A DNA stretch of 61,780 nucleotides, filler included. It is 7 parts of 7 records of this genome, joined end to end, with 100 filler letters (N's around TTAATTAATTAA, not from the genome) between each part and the next. Parts side by side here need not be neighbours in the genome. Positions count along the whole stretch, not along the records: positions 56,917 to 61,780 come from SRR20825010_6535; 6 more parts are not named here. One strand, written 5' to 3'. This document shows, in pieces, positions 56,927 to 61,780 of the stretch (position 1 is its first letter; every line of letters begins with the position of its first letter). A model generated the notes under the pieces. It ran no database searches, was not told the origin of the DNA, and worked only from the letters and a program-made list of their open reading frames with translations. Both the position numbers and the translations under genes were made by a program.

Positions 56927-57535
56927 TCATGATCGACGCGCCTCGGTATTCAGGGTAACAACTTCACGGGCCGGTCGCGTTTTTGCCATTTCAAAGGAAA
57001 GCGACAGGCGATTAAGTTCCAGGCAAAAGCGCTCTAACTGCCGATCGCTGAACGCACTGAAAAAATGCGCCATGAGAAGCGCCGGCAAGGCAATCATCAG
57101 GCCAGCCGCCGTGGTCAGCATCGCCTCCCACAAGCCATCCGCGATCAACGCAGGGGACACAGGCCCTGTCTGCACGGAGATCACCCTGAATGCCGCGATA
57201 ATCCCGAGAATGGTTCCAAGCAATCCGATGATCGGGCTGATCATGCCGATCAGCCGCAGCAGTTTGATCCCGCTGTAATAGGGGCGCCTGAAATCATTCA
57301 GCGCCAGCCCGACAAGCTCATCCCGGACAGCTTTCGGCTGGCCCTTATTGGCGCGCAAGTAATCGGCCAGCCGTTCATAATGCATCTTTGTCTTTGACGC
57401 CGCCCGGGCAGTAAATACCAGCCGCTCCAGCCCGACCGCAACGGCCAGGACGGAGCATATGGCGAGCGGCCAAGCCATCAATCCCATTTGGGAAAACCAG
57501 TCAGGAAGCGCGAATGTAAGCCACTCAGGCGACAT
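56927..57535 (-). CDS. exbB: ExbB (MotA/TolQ/ExbB) proton channel
   Basis: PIIGLLGTILGII, EAMLTTAAGL. Lies in a TonB operon. Confidence 0.88.
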   Translation of the reverse strand: MSPEWLTFALPDWFSQMGLMAWPLAICSVLAVAVGLERLVFTARAASKTKMHYERLADYLRANKGQPKAVRDELVGLALNDFRRPYYSGIKLLRLIGMISPIIGLLGTILGIIAAFRVISVQTGPVSPALIADGLWEAMLTTAAGLMIALPALLMAHFFSAFSDRQLERFCLELNRLSLSFEMAKTRPAREVVTLNTEARRS

Positions 57536-58616
57536 TCGATATCTCCTTGCGTGGCAGGCTGTCGACAATTTCACGCCATTCGGTCAGTTCCGGCACACCG
57601 GGTTTCCGCTTGCCAAAGAAGGTCGCGATCAACTCATTGTTGGTATCGAATATCTCGACAGCCGTAATGAGCCCATCAACGGAGGGTTTTTTTGTTACCC
57701 AGCTATGGCTGATCCCGGCTTCATCGAGATGCAGGTTAAATTTGGGATCGAGAACATTGTACCATCCCCCGGCCTCTACCAGTTTGTTGACCGGGCCGGT
57801 GTGAATTTGGATACAGCCTTTGTTCCCGACAAATACCATAATTTCGCAATTACGATCCCGCGCGAGTTCCAGTACCAATCGCGCCGCAATGTTATCCAGC
57901 TCTGCCGCGAAATCCGTGCCGATCTTCTTCAGCGCCTGAACACGGCCGACTTTAAACTTCCGAAGCATGGGGAAGAAGTCATGGGTGTCTTTCAGGTTTT
58001 CCCAGGCGGAACGGAATCCTTGCCAGTCAATTTCTGAGTCCGGACGCTCTTCTGCCTTAGGCGCTGTTCCTTCAATTTCGATTGACGTATCCTGTTCAGC
58101 GTGGCGATACATTGCAACCAGATCATCATAGGCGTCCTCATCGGAATGGTTGGTGAGATAGATTTTGTGGACAGCCTCGCCAGCGCCGTTAAAAAACTGC
58201 AGGCTCTTGCGGGCGCCGATTTTGCCCGTCTCGGTTAAGGCGAAGGCGTATTTCCATTGCGCCATGAACATCCGTAAATCAATATCCGGGTTCACGAACA
58301 GTCCCGTTGTCATGGGACCATGTTTGAAGAAACTGGGATTTTCGTAGATACCTTTCCGCTCATGAACGCAATGCTCATTGCGGGTCAGCGCCATCACTTC
58401 TCCAAGAGAGATCACGGCCTTCAGGATTGCCTCGGCATCGTCGCTGAGGCGGGTGGCTTCCGCCCCGACACGCGCCGCCACCAGTTGGCCTTCGGAAATG
58501 CCTAGTTCAAGCGCTGCGTTCCGGGCGCGTATTCCGCCTTCTTGTTTGAGCCGCTCATACTCTGCCCTGATTTCTTCCGGCGTCAGTTTTGTCTTTATCT
58601 TAACAGATTCACTCAT
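57525..58616 (-). CDS. hmuS: Hemin-degrading/trafficking factor HmuS/HemS/ChuS
   Basis: VMALTRN, DIDLR, AVHKIYL, DTHDFF, IQIHTG, FNLHL. Confidence 0.93.
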   Translation of the reverse strand: MSESVKIKTKLTPEEIRAEYERLKQEGGIRARNAALELGISEGQLVAARVGAEATRLSDDAEAILKAVISLGEVMALTRNEHCVHERKGIYENPSFFKHGPMTTGLFVNPDIDLRMFMAQWKYAFALTETGKIGARKSLQFFNGAGEAVHKIYLTNHSDEDAYDDLVAMYRHAEQDTSIEIEGTAPKAEERPDSEIDWQGFRSAWENLKDTHDFFPMLRKFKVGRVQALKKIGTDFAAELDNIAARLVLELARDRNCEIMVFVGNKGCIQIHTGPVNKLVEAGGWYNVLDPKFNLHLDEAGISHSWVTKKPSVDGLITAVEIFDTNNELIATFFGKRKPGVPELTEWREIVDSLPRKEISNVA

Positions 58617-58625
58617 CTCTAGCTC

Positions 58626-59489
58626 CTAATGGATAATAAAATTCACGGGAACACGGACCCAGCTGACGACGGCATTTCCATCGACACTGGTTGGCTCGAA
58701 TTTCCATTTCTTGACGGCCGCCATGGCCGCCATGTCAAGCAAGCGATGCCCGGAGGACTGGGCTATTTTAAGATCCCGCGGCGTGCCGCTCGGCAAAACT
58801 TCCGCATGCAGTGTCACGGTCCCCTGCTGGCCCAGATCCAGCGCCCGGCGTGGATAGGAGGGCGCCACCTGATGGAGATAACGCGCCTCGTGAACGACGG
58901 TCGAATTATCTTCCCCCTGACCCTTGCTACCATCCGGAAGTGCCGCGACAACCTTGGGCTCCGGTGCAGGTTGCGGCTCCGGCTTGGTGACGACTTCCTT
59001 CACAACTTTCTTCTCCGGAATTTCCTCAAGAACCTCCGGAACAATCTTTACCATCTCAACCGGAGGAACCGTCTTGGTCTCGGTCGATGGTGCAAGCCCC
59101 GCGGCAGGCCGAACCTTGGGACGCGGAACCGGCTGGGCTTTCGCTTCCCGAACAGGTTCGGCCTTCGGCTGCGGCAGCTTGGGAATAACCGCAACCTTCT
59201 CCGGCGCGAAGGGAGTCGTGACAACAGGTTTGACACGAACCGCCTCCGGTGGTGGAGGTGGTGGAGCCTTTACAGGTTCCACCTTTGTTTCAACCGGTGG
59301 GCTTGAGATCGCCGGACGGGCCAGCGTCATCAAATTCACCCTCAGGATAGGAATATCGAAGATTGGCTCGATTTTCGGGATCGGATGGACTTGCATCAGG
59401 AGAAAGGCGTTCGCACAGATGGACAGGCCAAGAAAGACAACCCATCTCTTGCCCCAATCCACCGGTTGTGCGAACGCCGCCCCTACCAT
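58626..59489 (-). CDS. tonB: Energy transducer TonB
   Basis: N-terminal TM anchor, Pro-rich linker, C-domain YPRRA...GTV...SSGHRLLD...WKF. Confidence 0.92.
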   Translation of the reverse strand: MVGAAFAQPVDWGKRWVVFLGLSICANAFLLMQVHPIPKIEPIFDIPILRVNLMTLARPAISSPPVETKVEPVKAPPPPPPEAVRVKPVVTTPFAPEKVAVIPKLPQPKAEPVREAKAQPVPRPKVRPAAGLAPSTETKTVPPVEMVKIVPEVLEEIPEKKVVKEVVTKPEPQPAPEPKVVAALPDGSKGQGEDNSTVVHEARYLHQVAPSYPRRALDLGQQGTVTLHAEVLPSGTPRDLKIAQSSGHRLLDMAAMAAVKKWKFEPTSVDGNAVVSWVRVPVNFIIH

Positions 59490-61516
59490 TTATAGGCTAC
59501 CCTTACATTATAGCTGCGCCCCTCTTCAAGAAGAGTGGCAAAGGCAGTGGTGTAGGCCTTATCGAGAATATTTGAGACACCGAGATCAACTGTCAATGTC
59601 TCCAGTCCCGGCTCACTCGGGATCCAGCGATAGTAGACATCGTAGACAGAATACCCCGCAGTCGAGAGATTATCGCCGCCGACTTTATCGTTGGCCGCCG
59701 CGAACCGGCCGCGCAGGCCGAAGATACTATCGATGTCCGTTGCGCTGTAAGAAAGATCCGCAACCAGCGTCAACGGCACGTTATTCGAAAGATATTCGCC
59801 AGTATCCCTGTTCTCAGCCTCGACATAGGAAAGGCCCAGTTTCGCCGTAATCGGATGAAGCTGATACTGCCCGTCCACCTCGAAACCGCTCAGGCGCGCA
59901 TTAGGAATATTTACAAATTCCGTCGTCCCACCAAAAATATCTACTTCTTCACTGATAAAGTTGTCCCCTTCACTAATGAACCAGGAGCCCTTCACCAACA
60001 CCTCGTCTTTATCCGCAATAACATTATCGAAATTGACACCCGCACCGACTTCAAACGTCGTCACCGTTTCAGGTCGCAGATTGGGATTCGGTACAAAGAA
60101 GTTGTCCGGGATCGGGCCGCCACCTGGAAAATGCTGACCGGAAGCATAGATTTCCGTTAAATTCGGCGCACGAAAGGCCTGGGCAATACTGCCAAAGAAC
60201 ATGAGGTTGTCATTTGGCAGGTAGCTCATTGAGAGTTTCGGTGAAACCTTGTGCTCATTCTGAGAATTACCGGCGTCATCGCTGCTGCGATATGAATCAA
60301 ACCGGGCCGCTGGAATGATCAGGAAACGGCCAGCGTCCGTCTGCAGCGCAACTTCATCCTGCACATAAAAGCCGTAGTTGGTCGCGTCTGCATTCGGCAC
60401 ACCTGGACGCGTTCCCCCGTTTGTCGTCGTCCCGGTTTGATCATCATGATAAATTTCAAAGCCATAGGATAGCGTATGCTTCTGCATATCGCTAATGCCA
60501 AGGGCCGTCTGATTATCCAGAGTGAATCCGATAGTGTTCATATCGCGTGTCTGCACCCGCCCGGCGTTGGTGCCGCTCACGTCTTCTTCGCGCACTTCCG
60601 TATCGTTGTAATAAAGATGCAGCTTTGGATTTAGCCAGTCATTTGACGGATCGCTGAACTCGTACTTGACGCCAAACTGGTTGTCATTGACCCTTTTCTC
60701 GACAACGGGATTTTCAGCAGTGACGGCGCCGCCACCATTGTTCGGCTCCGTTCCATCGTTATGAAGACCCTGATACAGGAACTTCACGGTATTGAAGTCA
60801 TTGAAGCTATAGCCGACTTTGAAAGTCCCTGAGATCAGGTTGTCTTCCGAAATCAGCTCATTGCCGTCACCTTGCTTGATATCGCCGGAATTACGAAGCG
60901 CCGCGACACCGATGATATCAAAGGGGCCGCTCCGCCCGTAGGCTGAGATCACGGGCGAATATTCCTTGCTCGCCGTCCGATATCCCGCAGAGGTATACAC
61001 CCCCCAGGTCTCGCCAGGCGGCAACATATCGGCCGCATCCTTGGTTTCAAAGGCGATGACACCACCGATTGCGCCGCCCCCGTATATTGCCGAAGATGAT
61101 CCTTTGACGATTTCGACACGCTTTAAAAGCGACGGGTCGATAAAGAACCGGCCATCATGCGCCGCCTCAAAATTCTGTCGCCGCCCGTCGATCATCGTGA
61201 TAATCGCTTCATCATCAAAACCGCGGATCGAGACCGTCTGTCCATTGCGGCGGGGACCATTGGCAACTTCGACGCCCGGAGTAAATTCCAGAAGATCCCC
61301 AGTATCCCCCGCCATGGCATTGCCGGGCGCATCCGCCTCAACCGTCGAGGTCATAGCCGGCACCTCAAAAGAGGATTGCGGGCTACGCGTGGCATATACG
61401 GTGACGGTATCCAGCGATACGGCTGGCGTGCCATCTGCTTCCGCAGCTTGAACGGACGTAAGAAAAGTACTCGAGAGAAGCGCGCCCAGACAGGCAAGCG
61501 GCAGAGTTCGACGCAT
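59483..61516 (-). CDS. hmuR: TonB-dependent heme/hemoglobin receptor
   Basis: TonB box DTVTVYA, plug RVEIVKG, FRAP...H...NPNL heme-receptor motifs, terminal Trp. Confidence 0.92.
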   Translation of the reverse strand: MRRTLPLACLGALLSSTFLTSVQAAEADGTPAVSLDTVTVYATRSPQSSFEVPAMTSTVEADAPGNAMAGDTGDLLEFTPGVEVANGPRRNGQTVSIRGFDDEAIITMIDGRRQNFEAAHDGRFFIDPSLLKRVEIVKGSSSAIYGGGAIGGVIAFETKDAADMLPPGETWGVYTSAGYRTASKEYSPVISAYGRSGPFDIIGVAALRNSGDIKQGDGNELISEDNLISGTFKVGYSFNDFNTVKFLYQGLHNDGTEPNNGGGAVTAENPVVEKRVNDNQFGVKYEFSDPSNDWLNPKLHLYYNDTEVREEDVSGTNAGRVQTRDMNTIGFTLDNQTALGISDMQKHTLSYGFEIYHDDQTGTTTNGGTRPGVPNADATNYGFYVQDEVALQTDAGRFLIIPAARFDSYRSSDDAGNSQNEHKVSPKLSMSYLPNDNLMFFGSIAQAFRAPNLTEIYASGQHFPGGGPIPDNFFVPNPNLRPETVTTFEVGAGVNFDNVIADKDEVLVKGSWFISEGDNFISEEVDIFGGTTEFVNIPNARLSGFEVDGQYQLHPITAKLGLSYVEAENRDTGEYLSNNVPLTLVADLSYSATDIDSIFGLRGRFAAANDKVGGDNLSTAGYSVYDVYYRWIPSEPGLETLTVDLGVSNILDKAYTTAFATLLEEGRSYNVRVAYKW

Positions 61517-61598
61517 GACAACAGCTTTCTAGTAGTGTCGCGTTTGCTTGCTGCCTGGCTGCCGAAAGCGTCGGGTGGCTGGGTGGCGGGCTATTAGC

Positions 61599-61772
61599 TT
61601 ATTTTGTTAAGATCAGTTTTCCGTTTCCGGTAAGCCGCAATTTGTAAAACTCACTATTGTGGGCGATCGTCAGCTCCTTGCCATGTGCGAATAATTCACC
61701 GCTTTGCAGGGTGTCATCCACAAGCATAATCGTCCGCTTACCACTTTTGCGACCGGACTGATTATCCAACAT
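61599..61772 (-). CDS. hemP: Hemin uptake protein HemP/HmuP (57 aa)
   Basis: Below the ORF-track size cutoff. Hand translation ends IAHNSEFYKLRLTGNGKLILTK*, the HemP signature. Confidence 0.92.
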   Translation of the reverse strand: MLDNQSGRKSGKRTIMLVDDTLQSGELFAHGKELTIAHNSEFYKLRLTGNGKLILTK

Positions 61773-61780
61773 GATGCGAC

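Overview
This window is not one continuous locus. It is seven unrelated contigs joined by 100-nt N spacers that each carry a TTAATTAATTAA linker: contigs 1-3686, 3787-23016, 23117-33090, 33191-36927, 37028-41406, 41507-56816 and 56917-61780. Gene content suggests marine Alpha- and Gammaproteobacteria (inference). Contig 1 holds a LexA-controlled imuA, a MarR regulator, a DEAD-box helicase and a double-hairpin repeat. Contig 2 (Marinobacter-like) begins with the distal end of an integron cassette array of four cassettes. Each cassette's boundary hexamer is exactly complementary to its own R'' box, yet the crossover G of GTT is replaced at three successive junctions. The same contig carries an AlmA-like monooxygenase, a GluR0-like channel, mltF and the best candidate for an undescribed system: an ECF sigma / zinc anti-sigma / acidic secreted protein / TPR-beta-barrel (Slam-like) operon facing away from a Pla-1/VolA-like lipoprotein lipase-DUF1302-DUF1329 operon that has an ECF-type promoter. 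Contig 3 holds arginase, ornithine cyclodeaminase, Lrp and a PotABCD-like transporter. Contig 4 holds a CoA-transferase-fold pair that lacks the usual catalytic Glu, plus an F420-type LLM enzyme. Contig 5 holds rodA and a periplasmic binding protein-diguanylate cyclase pair. Contig 6 is mixed metabolism and signalling, including a fused CydDC-like ABC transporter, DUF455 plus adenylate cyclase, hisI, cdd and a StcD/HpbA-like gene. Contig 7 is a hemP-hmuR-tonB-hmuS-exbB heme uptake operon. No rRNA, tRNA, CRISPR array, integrase or transposase was seen. All family calls come from motif recognition by eye, not from database searches.
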